A stretch of 64,000 nt of DNA, from the NCBI GenBank assembly GCA_964248365.1, contig CAXTYC010000002.1, positions 331,275-395,274 of the forward strand, read 5' to 3'. The notes below the pieces were generated by a model that saw only the letters and a list, made by a program, of their open reading frames with translations, was not told the DNA's origin and ran no database searches. This DNA comes from an uncultured Chroococcidiopsis sp. (GTDB lineage: Bacteria > Cyanobacteriota > Cyanobacteriia > Cyanobacteriales > Chroococcidiopsidaceae). A program made the translations under genes and the position numbers. Shown piece by piece: positions 23,527-34,839 of this stretch; positions within the stretch are counted from its first letter, which is position 1, and every line of letters starts with the position of its first letter.

Positions 23527-24640
23527 CTACTCTACCTGCTGTGACAAGACGTGTTGGCGGTATCTAGCTGCCATTTCTTCCGCTTTTTCATAAACCTTCA
23601 ACGGCTCTTTGAGCATATCACCACCTGGTTCAGGCTCTAGATCGCTAGTTGAGAGTAAAACTCGCCCTTTTTCAACATCCATCCACACAATCATTGCTCT
23701 CACCCAGTCGTTGCACTTAAAAACTCGTTGTGGATGTTCAACAGGCAGTTGAGAAATTGTAGAGATGTGCAGTAGGGCATGATAACCCCCAATATCGACA
23801 AATAACCCCATACGGTTTAACACGTCGTACAGTGCCATCGACTATTTGACCAAGCTTGAGCGTTTTGAGTCTAACTTTGGCTTGAGTCCGACGGCGGTTT
23901 TGGTCATCTCGGCTTTGCTTACCTAATCCATACTCTGTTTCTAACGTAGCCCGTCGTTCTTGATACCAGCTTGGATTGACTTCACCCAAAGCAATATCGA
24001 TAGGTAGCGTTTTGTCCATATCGGTAAGTACTTGTGCTTGGGTTGTTTGACCTGTAGCACACAACGTTGCAATCTCTAACAGAGTGTCTTGCAAGATGAC
24101 CAACATTTGTTGTTCTTGCCTTAGTTGCTTCCAGACAGTTTCAAGTCCAGTTTTGGCAACCCTACCATGCCCTCCTTTGTACATTGCTAAATGCTTTTGC
24201 CAATTATGGCTAGGAATATGAGGTAGTTTAAACAATGCTTCCCAATCTGTATTGCTCAGGTTATCAAGGTATGACCAGTCTGATGGGTGATAGTCATGCT
24301 TGATAAATTCAACAATTCCATCATGAAACGCCTTGAGTAATTGATGACGCTCAACTTGTGTATTCAGACGTGTTGTGGTGTCTTTGCCGCACATCCAAGG
24401 CTCAAGACGAAACAGTATAAACTCATCACTCGATTGTTCGGCAACAAGCTCTACTCCACGACCTTCCTCATCAATTATCATTGTTGCTGGTAATTGCAAG
24501 TCTCGAATCTGCCCAAGCCAGATATAAAGTTCTTTGTAAGGATCAAATACGCTCGATGTGTGAATTTGAGTACAGACGTGACTGCACTCTATGCTTATTG
24601 AAATCCATCCATGAGGAGATTGCTTAAAAGCAACTTTCAT
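23527..24640 (-). pseudogene. Unknown N-terminal region fused to an S1 RNA-binding domain like the last domain of ribosomal protein S1; one-base frameshift
   Basis: LKLGQIVDGTVRRVKPYG, extra G in the G run (C run at 23806-23809 on +), then LFVDIGGYHALLHISTIS...DVEKGRVLLSTSDLEPEPG...VYEKAEEMAARYRQ. Confidence 0.8.
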
Positions 24641-24826
24641 TATCCACAGCCTCCCTTAAAAAGGGGGATTGGGGGGATGTGGCGATCGCTCACAGACAAC
24701 ACCAACGATCGCACCCAGCTATCATCGATAATCCCAAAGTACCACCCTACTAACCACTTAGCGGTATAACTAGTTATAAATGAAATTTTCCCGTATATTC
24801 TGTCGATTAATCCAAAATCCAACAGT

Positions 24827-25438
24827 TTAACCCAACTGCGTGGAACCCAAATATTTCGTTAAATAAGGTGAAAATACTTCATAAATCAACGTTAGGGGTT
24901 TTCCATTATGCCAAAACAGGTAATGACGACCCCAAAAGGGACTTTTTTGATTAAAGCCTTTCTCTAAAGCTTCCGAGTAACCGTAGTGAATTCCCTGGAC
25001 ATCTCGATACAACTCGGTGCGTAGTTGAGTCAAACTAGCCCAAATCGGCATTGCTCGGTTCTGCAAATACTCATCTACATGACTAGCTTCCCACCAGGAA
25101 GTAGCATATAACAATCGCTGACCAGAGGCGGTACGCAGCCATACTTGTCGTCTTAATCTTGGTCCTGGTATAGCTTGAATAATATCAGGCGCTCCATCTA
25201 AGTCCATCCCCACAACGGACATATCGATTACATCTACTTCCGTCGGCTCACCTGTGAGCATTTGAACTTGTCGTGTCGGTGAGCCATCCCCTAAAAGTAG
25301 CATCTGCCAAAGGGGGGAAAGTTGAGTGTGAGGCAAGCCTTTTTGTACAATTTCCTCGCCTCCTTCCCAAATTGGTGTCAAGCGATGCCAAGCTGTTGGC
25401 AGTGTTAGTTTGTTTACTGATTCAAATTTTGTAGCCAA
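24827..25438 (-). CDS. Chorismate pyruvate-lyase-like protein (DUF98/Ycf21)
   Basis: WQMLLLGDGSPTR, TEVDVIDM, RLRRQVWLR, YATSWW, WGRHYLFWH, LTLIYEVFSP. Confidence 0.85.
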   Translation of the reverse strand: MATKFESVNKLTLPTAWHRLTPIWEGGEEIVQKGLPHTQLSPLWQMLLLGDGSPTRQVQMLTGEPTEVDVIDMSVVGMDLDGAPDIIQAIPGPRLRRQVWLRTASGQRLLYATSWWEASHVDEYLQNRAMPIWASLTQLRTELYRDVQGIHYGYSEALEKGFNQKSPFWGRHYLFWHNGKPLTLIYEVFSPYLTKYLGSTQLG

Positions 25439-25671
25439 TTTCTTTACAAATCTTTATGACTCTATTTCAAATCATAAACAATCACAGGGCAATTCGGAAG
25501 CCGGAAGTCAGAAGTCTCCAAGTCAGGAGTCAGGAGTATCCAAGTCAGAAGGCAGAAGTCAGGAGTCTCCAAGTCAGGAGTTGTGTAGTTCTCCCCTTTA
25601 GCCCCTTTAGCCCCTCTGCTCCCCACAGCGATCCCTGCTCTTTTCTAGCCCCTAGTCTCTAGCCCCTAGAA

Positions 25672-25754
25672 TGCGGATGGCGAGACTCGAACTCGCAAGG
25701 GCATTGCCCACACGCCCCTCAAACGTGCGCGTATACCAATTCCGCCACATCCGC
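25672..25754 (-). tRNA. trnL: tRNA-Leu, anticodon GAG
   Basis: Reverse complement GCGGATGTGGCGGAATTGGTATACGCG-CACGT-TTGAGGG-GCGTG, long variable arm, GCGAGTTCGAGTCTCGC-CATCCGC-A; no encoded CCA. Confidence 0.97.
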
Positions 25755-25796
25755 AACAATCGTAGATAACTAGTATAGCATATTCAAGGGAATAAT

Positions 25797-25854
25797 TGGT
25801 AACTGGTAACTGGTAACTGGTAACTGGTAACTGGTAACTGGTAACTGGTAACTG
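25797..25854 (+). repeat. STRR array (TGGTAAC)n
   Basis: About 8 tandem heptamers; same unit near 29428, 36725, 55990 and 58880. Confidence 0.95.
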
Positions 25855-25900
25855 TTTAAAAGCTCTATGCTACAGATGATATAGAAATCATTGCTGGAAG

Positions 25901-27271
25901 ATGCGGTTTGATAAAATCTTGATTGCTAACCGAGGGGAAATCGCCCTCCGAATTCTTCGCACTTGTGAAGAAATGGGAATTGGTACTGTTGCGGTTCACT
26001 CTACAGTAGACCGCGATGCCCTGCACGTCCAATTGGCTGATGAGTCAGTTTGTATAGGTGAAGCTCCCAGTAGTAAAAGTTATCTAAATATTCCCAGGAT
26101 TATTGCAGCTGCTTTGACAAGAAATGCTACAGCCATTCATCCTGGCTATGGCTTTTTGGCTGAAAATGCCAGATTTGCTGAAATCTGTGCCGATCACGAA
26201 ATTGTATTTATTGGACCATCGCCAGAAGCAATTTTGGCAATGGGTGATAAATCAACTGCCAAGGAAACAATGATTAAGGCTGGAGTTCCCACTATCCCAG
26301 GTAGTGATGGATTGGTCAAAAACGAAAAAGAAGCGGCTGCGATCGCTCAAAAAATTGGCTATCCAGTCATGATTAAAGCTACAGCTGGCGGTGGCGGTAG
26401 GGGAATGCGGCTAGTACGAGACGAAAAAGACTTAGTGAAGTTATTTTTAGCAGCTCAGGGAGAAGCAGAAGCCGCCTTTGGAAATCCAGGGCTTTATTTA
26501 GAGAAGTTTATCGAACGTCCTCGCCATATTGAATTTCAAATTCTAGCTGATAGTTATGGTAATGTAGTTCACCTGGGTGAGCGCGACTGCTCGATTCAGC
26601 GTCGCCACCAAAAACTATTAGAAGAAGCTCCAAGTCCAGCTTTAACCCCAGAACTACGAGAAAAAATGGGAGCTGCTGCCATAGTGGCTGCCAAGTCGAT
26701 TAACTATGTGGGAGCAGGCACAGTTGAGTTTTTACTTTCTCAAACTGGTGAGTTTTACTTTATGGAAATGAACACTCGGATTCAAGTTGAACATCCAGTT
26801 ACAGAAATGATTACTGGGCTAGATTTAATTGCCGAACAAATCCGAGTAGCTGAGGGAGAAAAACTTTCACTTACCCAAGACACGGTAAATCTACGAGGTC
26901 ATGCGATCGAATGCCGGATCAACGCCGAAGATCCAGACCGCGACTTCCGTCCGGCTCCTGGGCGAATAAGCGGTTATCTACCGCCTGGAGGTCCTGGGGT
27001 GCGGATAGATTCTCATGTTTATACTGATTATCAAATTCCTCCCTACTACGATTCCCTAATTGGTAAGTTAATTGTCTGGGGACCAGACCGCCCAACCGCA
27101 ATTAAACGGATGAAAAGGGCATTGCGGGAATGTGCGCTCACAGGCTTACCGACTACAATCAGCTTTCATCAAAAGATTCTGGAAACACCAGAGTTTTTGC
27201 AAGGTGAGGTTTACACAAACTTTGTTGAACAAGTGATGATGCCAAAAAAGGGAGTAGGGAGTAGGGAGTAG
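25901..27271 (+). CDS. accC: Acetyl-CoA carboxylase, biotin carboxylase subunit
   Basis: [69 protein letters not shown]. Confidence 0.98.
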   Translation: MRFDKILIANRGEIALRILRTCEEMGIGTVAVHSTVDRDALHVQLADESVCIGEAPSSKSYLNIPRIIAAALTRNATAIHPGYGFLAENARFAEICADHEIVFIGPSPEAILAMGDKSTAKETMIKAGVPTIPGSDGLVKNEKEAAAIAQKIGYPVMIKATAGGGGRGMRLVRDEKDLVKLFLAAQGEAEAAFGNPGLYLEKFIERPRHIEFQILADSYGNVVHLGERDCSIQRRHQKLLEEAPSPALTPELREKMGAAAIVAAKSINYVGAGTVEFLLSQTGEFYFMEMNTRIQVEHPVTEMITGLDLIAEQIRVAEGEKLSLTQDTVNLRGHAIECRINAEDPDRDFRPAPGRISGYLPPGGPGVRIDSHVYTDYQIPPYYDSLIGKLIVWGPDRPTAIKRMKRALRECALTGLPTTISFHQKILETPEFLQGEVYTNFVEQVMMPKKGVGSRE

Positions 27272-27423
27272 GGGAAAAAGGTATTGCGGGAAAGGTTAAA
27301 ATTTCACACTTCATCCTTTATCCTTCATCCTCGCCTTCGGCAACTAAGCGAACATACTTCACACTTCATCCTACCCTTGGGGAACGCTCCCTTGTACATC
27401 CTTTATCCTTCATCCTTTCTTTA

Positions 27424-27711
27424 TCATTGCAAAAGCATGGTCAGCAGTCCTTGCTGACCTAGTAAAATCTCTCGCATTAGACTAAAAATACCGATCCAAA
27501 GGACGGGGGTGATGTCCACGCCGCCTATGGGTGGTACTAGCTTCCGCAAAGGTACTAAAAAAGGTTCAGTGGGCAGGGCAACTAAATTGAAGGGAAAGCG
27601 ATTGAGATCGGTTTGAGGATACCAGCTAATTATGATCCGAAAAATAAGCAAAAGTATCATCAGGCTGAGGAAAATACCCAAAACCCAACTAGCAAGGGTA
27701 ATAGTAGTCAT
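27424..27711 (-). CDS. YggT (Ycf19) family membrane protein
   Basis: FRIIISWYP, TEPFLVPLRKLVPPIGGVDITP. Confidence 0.92.
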   Translation of the reverse strand: MTTITLASWVLGIFLSLMILLLIFRIIISWYPQTDLNRFPFNLVALPTEPFLVPLRKLVPPIGGVDITPVLWIGIFSLMREILLGQQGLLTMLLQ

Positions 27712-27982
27712 AGATTGTCACTTTTAGCGTTTAGCATTTAGGGTTTAGCTTTTAGCGATTAGCTTTTAGCGCTTAGCTTTTGGCTTTTAGCTTGTAGCAA
27801 TACAACTGATGCGCCCCTTTACAAAGATAACCATTGCTAGAAACTGTAGAGGAGAGCAACCGCACAGAGGCTAACCACTAACAGCTAATACCTAACAGCG
27901 CGCCAGCTAACCACTAACTCGATTTTGCCACTAAAATCTAGGGATAGTAATGGAGCAATTAGATTATAGGTAGTTTGAAACA

Positions 27983-29089
27983 ATGCGCCGTTCAGCCTCC
28001 TGGCAACGTTTGATTATTTTTGGTCTGAGCGGTCCAATTATTGCTCTGAATCTTTGGCTGCTTTCCTTTGCTTTTCACTCTTTTGAGCATTTAATCACCG
28101 TACTGACGGTAGCAGCAATTTTGGCTTTTTTGCTGAACTACCCAGTGCGGTTTTTCGAGCGCTCTGGCATCACACGCTCTCAGGCTGTGATTATTGTTTT
28201 ACTTGTGAGTGTGACGCTGTTGGTCTTGGTTGGTGTCACACTAGTGCCACTGGTGGTTGACCAAACAAATCAACTTTTACAGGGAATACCCCTGTGGTTA
28301 GAGAATATTCAAGAAAGATTGGGGCAGTTTGATAACTGGGCAAGGGCTAGACGGCTACCACTCGATCTTAGGGGTTTTAGTAGTCGAATCAATGCAAATA
28401 TTGAAAGCTCTTTGCAAGGGATAGCGGGGCAAGCTGTAGGATTGGCATTGGGAACGCTGTCGGGGTTAATTGAGTCTGTTTTAGTGATTGTGCTGGCGTT
28501 TTATATGCTGTTGTATGGCGATCGCCTCTGGCAAGGTATAATCAATCTCTTACCGCCCCAAATTGGACTACCGCTGAGCGCATCCTTGCGGCTTAATTTT
28601 CAAAACTTTTTCCTGACTCAATTGTTGCTGGGGTTATTCATGTTTGGGACTTTAACCCCAATTTTTGTCATCCTGAAGGTTCCATTTGCCCTACTGTTTG
28701 CCCTACTGATTGGAGCAGCAGAACTCATTCCCTTCATTGGAGCCAGTCTAGGCATTGCTACAGTAACTATCTTGGTACTATTTCAAAATTGGTGGTTAGC
28801 CCTTCAGGTAGCGATCGCCGCCATCTTCATGCAGCAGATTAAAGACAATGTGCTGGCTCCCAGATTAATGGGCAGTTTCACTGGGCTAAATCCGATCTGG
28901 ATCTTCATTGCCTTATTGCTGGGAGCGCAAATTGCTGGTTTTTTGGGTGTTCTTGTCTCTGTGCCGATCGCCGGAACCATCAAAAGCACCATCGATGCAA
29001 TCCGCCAGATGAAGCAACCAACTGTTATGTCAAATATAACTGTTGGGCAAGAATCAAAATCCAGCCAAGAGAAAGGAACTGGGGGCTAG
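27983..29089 (+). CDS. AI-2E family transporter
   Basis: AAILAFLLNYPV, IPFIGA, QQIKDNVLAPRLMG...GLNPIW...GFLGVLVSVP. Confidence 0.92.
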   Translation: MRRSASWQRLIIFGLSGPIIALNLWLLSFAFHSFEHLITVLTVAAILAFLLNYPVRFFERSGITRSQAVIIVLLVSVTLLVLVGVTLVPLVVDQTNQLLQGIPLWLENIQERLGQFDNWARARRLPLDLRGFSSRINANIESSLQGIAGQAVGLALGTLSGLIESVLVIVLAFYMLLYGDRLWQGIINLLPPQIGLPLSASLRLNFQNFFLTQLLLGLFMFGTLTPIFVILKVPFALLFALLIGAAELIPFIGASLGIATVTILVLFQNWWLALQVAIAAIFMQQIKDNVLAPRLMGSFTGLNPIWIFIALLLGAQIAGFLGVLVSVPIAGTIKSTIDAIRQMKQPTVMSNITVGQESKSSQEKGTGG

Positions 29090-29494
29090 AAGAGGGCTTC
29101 AGGGGCAGGGGGAACTCGCTCTTCACTCGCGTAGTGGGGATTAGGGGCAAGGGGGGCTTCGGGTTCACTCGCGTAGTGGGGTTGGGGGGAAGAGGGGGGC
29201 AGGGGGGAAATGAGGAATTACTATTCTGACTTCTGACTTCTGACTCCTCACCTCCTGAGTTGGAGACTTTCTTGACAGATTGTACATATTAAGCATTTTG
29301 AATTATCATTGCTAATTTAAAATTTCAGCTTCAAAATCTCTTGGGAAGGGCTAGGGGCGATCGAAGAGGGGGAGAGGGGGTGAATCATTAATTACGAATT
29401 ACCTTTTCCCTTTACCCTTTTCTTTTAACTGGTAACTGGTAACTGGTAACTGATTAACCTTTCTTAAGATATTTTTAGTTGAAAAGCGAGTAGA

Positions 29495-30364
29495 ATGGAC
29501 GCTGCTAAAATTTTTGAAGGAATCGCACTGTTAATCGAGCTAGCACAAAGGGGAGAAATTGATCCTTGGGATGTGCAAGTAATCGAGGTGATCGATCGCT
29601 ACCTAAGTGAAATTATTTCAGCTCACGAGATCGCCCCAAGTTCGAGTGAAGCAGATTTGTCTCAATCTGGACAAGCTTTTTTGTTGGCATCACTGCTAGT
29701 ACTATTCAAAGCCAACACCCTAACTGAACTAGCTTCCCCGCCAGAGGAACAAGAACTATCACAAGATGATTTCCTACCATTGGGTGAAGACGAGGTAGGA
29801 ACTTCTAGACGGCTTCCCCTAGAGCAACAGTTAAGTCGCCGCCCTTGTGCTTTACCGCCCCAAAAACGCATGGTTACGCTGGGGGAGTTAATAGACCAGT
29901 TACAGTTAATAGCAACTGGGCTACAATCTCAAGAAAAACTGGCGACGAAAACCACACGTAACCGTCGCTTGGGAACTCAGCCTGGTACAAGCACTAATCG
30001 CTCACCTTTAGAACTGGCTCACCAAGAAAATCTTACCTCTGTGGCTAGGGAACTAGAGCAGTTCTTAGATCGTTACTCGCGGCTTTTGGCATCCGAACAT
30101 AATTGGCTGAATTTGTCAGAACTAGTAGAGTTATGGACTCATACCAAGCAAACAGCATTAATGGCTGCTGCCCAACACGGTAAGCAAGATATGTGTGAAT
30201 CCGAGTGTTTAACGCCTCCCCAACGCCATGAACGAGTCAGTATTTTTTGGGCGTTACTACTGCTATCTGCTCAATCCAAAGTAGAGTTATCGCAAGAGGA
30301 GTTTTACCAGGAAATTAAAATTCGAGCGCTGTTTGACTCAAAACAAGAGGCGATCGCGCTTTAA
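29495..30364 (+). CDS. scpA: Segregation/condensation protein A (kleisin)
   Basis: LIELAQRGEIDPWDVQVIEVIDRYL, TLGELIDQL, IFWALLLLSAQSKVELSQEEFY. Confidence 0.9.
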   Translation: MDAAKIFEGIALLIELAQRGEIDPWDVQVIEVIDRYLSEIISAHEIAPSSSEADLSQSGQAFLLASLLVLFKANTLTELASPPEEQELSQDDFLPLGEDEVGTSRRLPLEQQLSRRPCALPPQKRMVTLGELIDQLQLIATGLQSQEKLATKTTRNRRLGTQPGTSTNRSPLELAHQENLTSVARELEQFLDRYSRLLASEHNWLNLSELVELWTHTKQTALMAAAQHGKQDMCESECLTPPQRHERVSIFWALLLLSAQSKVELSQEEFYQEIKIRALFDSKQEAIAL

Positions 30365-30595
30365 TGAAACAGGGCAAAGGTATGCTCTTGTTAGTTTTTA
30401 GACATTACTTTTGCCAAAATTATATTAGTTACACCGTAGCCCTTTAGTTACTCAGATTCCGTAGTTTCCAAGATGACTGTTGCGCTTAATTGATCGATGA
30501 TGAGGTGTTAACTAACTTAATTGCGGCTGTCTGTTGCTGGAGAGTAAATTTTACATGAAGCGATTAAAGTTACCACAAGTGAGGAGTAAATTCTG

Positions 30596-31762
30596 ATGAA
30601 AGCCATGATTCTAGCAGCAGGTAAGGGTACTAGAGTACGTCCCATTACCTACACAATTCCCAAACCGCTGATTCCTATCCTGCAAAAGCCAGTGATGGAG
30701 TTTCTCTTGGAACTGTTACGTCAGCACGGTTTTAACGAAATTATGGTCAACGTTAGCCATTTAGCTAATGAAATAGAAAACTATTTCCGCGACGGGCAAC
30801 GGTTTGGCGTACAGATTGCCTATTCATTTGAAGGTCGAATTGTTGATGGGGTTCTAGTTGGGGAAGCAATTGGCTCTGCTGGTGGAATGCGGCGAATACA
30901 GGACTTCTCACCATTTTTTGACGATACCTTTGTGGTATTGTGCGGTGATGCTTTGATTGACTTGGATTTATCCGCAGCAGTGAAGTGGCATAAAGCCAAA
31001 GGCTCCATCGCCACTGTAATTATGAAATCTGTCCCTCGTGAAGAAGTATCCAGCTACGGGATTGTAGTTACCGATGAGTCTGGTAGGGTGAAAGCCTTTC
31101 AAGAAAAACCAGCAGTTGACGAGGCTCTTAGCACTAACATCAGCACTGGTATTTATATTTTTGAGCCAGAAGTATTGAAATATATCCCCTCCGGTCAAAA
31201 TTTCGATATTGGCGCTCAGTTGTTCCCCTTGTTGGTAGAAATGAATGCGCCCTTTCATGGACTAGTAATGGACTTTGAATGGGTAGATATTGGTAAAGTT
31301 CCAGACTACTGGCAGGCAATTCGGGGCGTACTCAATGGCGAAATTAAAAATGTGAAAATTCCCGGTCATGAAGTACGCCCAGGTATCTACACTGGGCTGA
31401 ATGTTGCTGTGAACTGGGACAAGGTAGACATCACAGGTCCTGTCTACATTGGGGGAATGACGCGAATTGAAGACGGAGCCAAAATTATTGGACCTGCAAT
31501 GATTGGTCACAATTGCTACATCTGTGGGGGTGCAACTGTTGATAATAGCGTCATTTTTGAATACTCTCGCCTCGGACCTGGATTAAGTCTGGTAGACAAG
31601 CTAGTTTATGGACGCTATTGCGTAGATAAGACTGGAGCAATGATCGATGTCAAAGCAGCTGCTTTGGATTGGCTAATTACTGACACTCGTCAGGTAATCC
31701 CATCCCAACCAACGCTCGAACGGCAAGCGATCGCTGAATTGTTGGGATTAGAGGCAAGTTAG
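30596..31762 (+). CDS. Sugar-phosphate nucleotidyltransferase (CugP-type UDP-glucose pyrophosphorylase / GMPP-like)
   Basis: MKAMILAAGKGTRVRPIT, PKPLIPI, VVLCGD, FQEKP, WVDIG, C-terminal left-handed beta-helix. Confidence 0.88.
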   Translation: MKAMILAAGKGTRVRPITYTIPKPLIPILQKPVMEFLLELLRQHGFNEIMVNVSHLANEIENYFRDGQRFGVQIAYSFEGRIVDGVLVGEAIGSAGGMRRIQDFSPFFDDTFVVLCGDALIDLDLSAAVKWHKAKGSIATVIMKSVPREEVSSYGIVVTDESGRVKAFQEKPAVDEALSTNISTGIYIFEPEVLKYIPSGQNFDIGAQLFPLLVEMNAPFHGLVMDFEWVDIGKVPDYWQAIRGVLNGEIKNVKIPGHEVRPGIYTGLNVAVNWDKVDITGPVYIGGMTRIEDGAKIIGPAMIGHNCYICGGATVDNSVIFEYSRLGPGLSLVDKLVYGRYCVDKTGAMIDVKAAALDWLITDTRQVIPSQPTLERQAIAELLGLEAS

Positions 31763-31892
31763 GGGTGAGGGGCGAGGGGCTAGAAGAAAGCAGGCAATCG
31801 CTGTGGGGAGCAGGGGAAGCAGGGGGGGAAATTCCCTTTTCCCTTTTCCCTTTTCCCTTTTCCCTTTTTCTAGCCCCTAGCCCCTAGTCTCT

Positions 31893-33899
31893 TTACGAAG
31901 ACAAATAAGTATACCGACTCAGGCTTTGCTCATAGGTTTGTAGTAGGCGCTGAGATTCTTGCAAGGTGATTTGCTTTTCTAGCAAAGCTTGCTCGGTGCG
32001 TCGGCGGATGCTCTCAATCAAATCCTCAGCGTCGTACTGCACATAACCCAAAACTTCTGTCATGGTGTCACCTTTGACGACGTGTTCAATTTGGTAGCCC
32101 TTGGGTGTTAACTGGATGTGAACCGCGTTTGTGTCACCAAACAAATTGTGTAAATTGCCCATAATCTCCTGGTAAGCTCCATTTAGAAACATTCCCAGGT
32201 AATATGGTTCTCCAGGCTTGTAAGGATGTAGCTCTAAGACCGATTTCACATCTCGCAGGTCGATAAAGCGGTCAATTTTGCCATCACTATCACAAGTTAG
32301 ATCTGCCAAAATCCCTCTACGGGTAGGTTCTTCGTTTAGCCGATGAATCGGCATAATCGGAAATAGCTGGTCAATTGCCCAGCAATCAGGAGCAGATTGG
32401 AAGACAGAGAGATTGACATAGTAAATCGAAGCCATGATCTTTTCTAAGTCTTCAAAGTCATCGGGAACATACTCCTGCTGGCGCGTAATTGCCATGATTT
32501 TCTCACAACAAGCCCAGTAGATGCGCTCGACTCTGGCTCGTTCGGTAAGGCGCATAATTCCTAAGTTGAAGCGACTAATTGCCTCATCTTTGAATTGAAC
32601 AGCATCGTGATAAGCTTCTTGGTAATTATCCCCACTTATTGACTGGTAAGTTTCCCACAGATGATGAACAATTGGTGCTTCTTGCTCTTGCGGGGGTTCT
32701 GGCGCTCCTGTGGGAGCATCACAGGTGCTAACCACGTCAAAAATTAGGACGGATTGATGAGAAGCGATCGCCCTCCCACTTTCACTAATCAATGTGGGTA
32801 CTGGGACTTGCCGTTCAGCACAGGCGTATTTCAACTCTGCCACGATGTCGTTGGCATAGTTTTGCATATTGTAATTTTTTGAGGCATAGAAGTTGGTTTG
32901 CGAACCGTCGTAGTCAACTCCCAAGCCACCACCCACATCCAAATATTTCATGTTAGCTCCCAGCATGGCTAACTCTACATAGATCCGGCTGGCTTCTTGG
33001 ATGGCATCTTTGATTACATTGATAGCAGAAATTTGCGAACCGATGTGAAAGTGCAACAATTGCAATGAACCAAGCAGATTGGCTGCTTTTAACTTATCAA
33101 CTGCTTGGATGATTTCTGGAATTGTCAAACCAAATTTAGCGCGATCGCCGCTTGAAGTTCCCCACCGTCCCATTCCTTGGGTACTTAGCTTTGCCCGCAC
33201 TCCTAAAATCGGTTGAATTCCCAAGCTGCGGCTAGCTTCGATTACTAGATCAACTTCTTCAACTTGCTCTAGAACAATGATCGGTGTTTGCCCTAGTCGA
33301 GTTGCCAACATCGCCGTTTCGATGTATTCTTTGTCTTTGTAGCCGTTGCAAATCAAAAGCGCTCCTGGTGTATCCAACAGAGCCAGGGCAATCATCAATT
33401 CTGGTTTAGAACCAGCTTCTAAGCCAAACTGATGGGGTTTACCAAATCGTACCAAGTCTTCAATCAGGTGACGTTGCTGGTTGCACTTAACGGGAAATAC
33501 GCCTCGGTAAACGCCTGGGTAGTTGTATCGTGCGATCGCTTTGGCAAAACAAGCATTCAAGCGCTCGATTCGATCTTCCAAAATATCAGAAAAGCGAATG
33601 AGTATTGGTAGCCCTAGATTACGCTGTTTCAGGGCATTGACCAAGTCAAACAAATCTAACGAGCCACCGCGATCGCCTTTAGGGGAAACGGTGACATGAC
33701 CTGCTGCATTAATCGAAAAGTATGGCTCACCCCAGCCTTCAATTCGGTATAGGTCTTCGCTATCTTCAATCTTCCATGAGCGTGACAAATTGGCTGGCAC
33801 AATCTGCAATGATTGTTTTTGAGCATCTTTTAGCTCAGCTTTTTTTTTCTTGGTCGCTGGTTCGACCCCTTCTGATGAAGCAGTTAAGTCAACACCCAT
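31893..33899 (-). CDS. speA: Biosynthetic arginine decarboxylase
   Basis: GVFPVKCNQ PLP lysine, EAGSKPEL, HFHIGSQI, DVGGGLGVDYDG, TCDSDG, GAYQEIMGNLHNLFG; start set at MGVD. Confidence 0.96.
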   Translation of the reverse strand: MGVDLTASSEGVEPATKKKKAELKDAQKQSLQIVPANLSRSWKIEDSEDLYRIEGWGEPYFSINAAGHVTVSPKGDRGGSLDLFDLVNALKQRNLGLPILIRFSDILEDRIERLNACFAKAIARYNYPGVYRGVFPVKCNQQRHLIEDLVRFGKPHQFGLEAGSKPELMIALALLDTPGALLICNGYKDKEYIETAMLATRLGQTPIIVLEQVEEVDLVIEASRSLGIQPILGVRAKLSTQGMGRWGTSSGDRAKFGLTIPEIIQAVDKLKAANLLGSLQLLHFHIGSQISAINVIKDAIQEASRIYVELAMLGANMKYLDVGGGLGVDYDGSQTNFYASKNYNMQNYANDIVAELKYACAERQVPVPTLISESGRAIASHQSVLIFDVVSTCDAPTGAPEPPQEQEAPIVHHLWETYQSISGDNYQEAYHDAVQFKDEAISRFNLGIMRLTERARVERIYWACCEKIMAITRQQEYVPDDFEDLEKIMASIYYVNLSVFQSAPDCWAIDQLFPIMPIHRLNEEPTRRGILADLTCDSDGKIDRFIDLRDVKSVLELHPYKPGEPYYLGMFLNGAYQEIMGNLHNLFGDTNAVHIQLTPKGYQIEHVVKGDTMTEVLGYVQYDAEDLIESIRRRTEQALLEKQITLQESQRLLQTYEQSLSRYTYLSS

Positions 33900-34197
33900 T
33901 TCTTCCTGACCTCTGTGTAGCCCCACGAATAGCCAGTGTAACTCATTCAATTCTGAGTGCATTCTGAGCGAAGAGAGACTTTCTAGGATAATCTAAATTT
34001 TGAGCGATTAGCTGTTAGCTGTTAGCTGTTAGCCGTTAGCTGTTAGCTAGAGTGCTGGAGTGCTGGAGTGCTAGCGTGTTCCTCCACAGGAGCTAGCTTT
34101 CGGTTATCTTTGATACTCACTAGTCAATTGTGTTGCTACTCGCTAATCGCTACTCGCTAAAAGCTATTAGCTTTATCAATTCATAAAGTTTTAGGAG

Positions 34198-34653
34198 ATG
34201 GGTGTGGAACGTACATTTTTAGCAATTAAACCCGATGGGGTACAACGCGCACTAGTGGGCGAAATTATTCAGCGCTTTGAAGCCAAAGGATTCACCCTTG
34301 TTGGCTTAAAGTTTATGAAAGTCAGCCAACAACTGGCACAGCAGCATTATGATATCCACCGAGAGAAACCGTTTTTCAACGGACTAGTTGAATTCATCAC
34401 CTCTGGTCCTGTTGTAGCAATGGTTTGGGAAGGTGAAGGCGTAGTCGCTGCTGCCCGAAAAATGATTGGGGCGACAAACCCCCTCACAGCAGAACCAGGC
34501 ACGATTCGCGGAGATTTTGGCGTTAATATTGGTCGTAACATTATTCATGGGTCGGATGCTGTTGACACCGCCCAGCGTGAGGTTAGCTTGTGGTTTAAAG
34601 AAGAAGAACTAGCAAGTTGGGAACCGAGCCTGACTTCTTGGATTCGAGAGTAA
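34198..34653 (+). CDS. ndk: Nucleoside diphosphate kinase
   Basis: [29 protein letters not shown]. Confidence 0.98.
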   Translation: MGVERTFLAIKPDGVQRALVGEIIQRFEAKGFTLVGLKFMKVSQQLAQQHYDIHREKPFFNGLVEFITSGPVVAMVWEGEGVVAAARKMIGATNPLTAEPGTIRGDFGVNIGRNIIHGSDAVDTAQREVSLWFKEEELASWEPSLTSWIRE

Positions 34654-34839
34654 TTAGCAAGCTTAGGAACCAGGGGCTGGGGGCTTGGGGCTTGGGGCTT
34701 GGGAAAATGCTGAAATTATGAATTCAAAATTTAGCATTCAACATTCATCATTTTGTCTCCTGTCTCCTGGCTTCTGACTTCTGAGTGCTGTCTGCTCTGG
34801 TGAAATTTTTCTCGTTACTAATTCAGGTTGAAATAAATA

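Noticed and set aside
25672..25754. tRNA-Leu as the attachment site of an integrated element
   Set aside because: No integrase and no duplicated tRNA 3' end found in the window
27712..27982. psbX upstream of yggT
   Set aside because: Region is heptamer repeats with no matching small hydrophobic ORF
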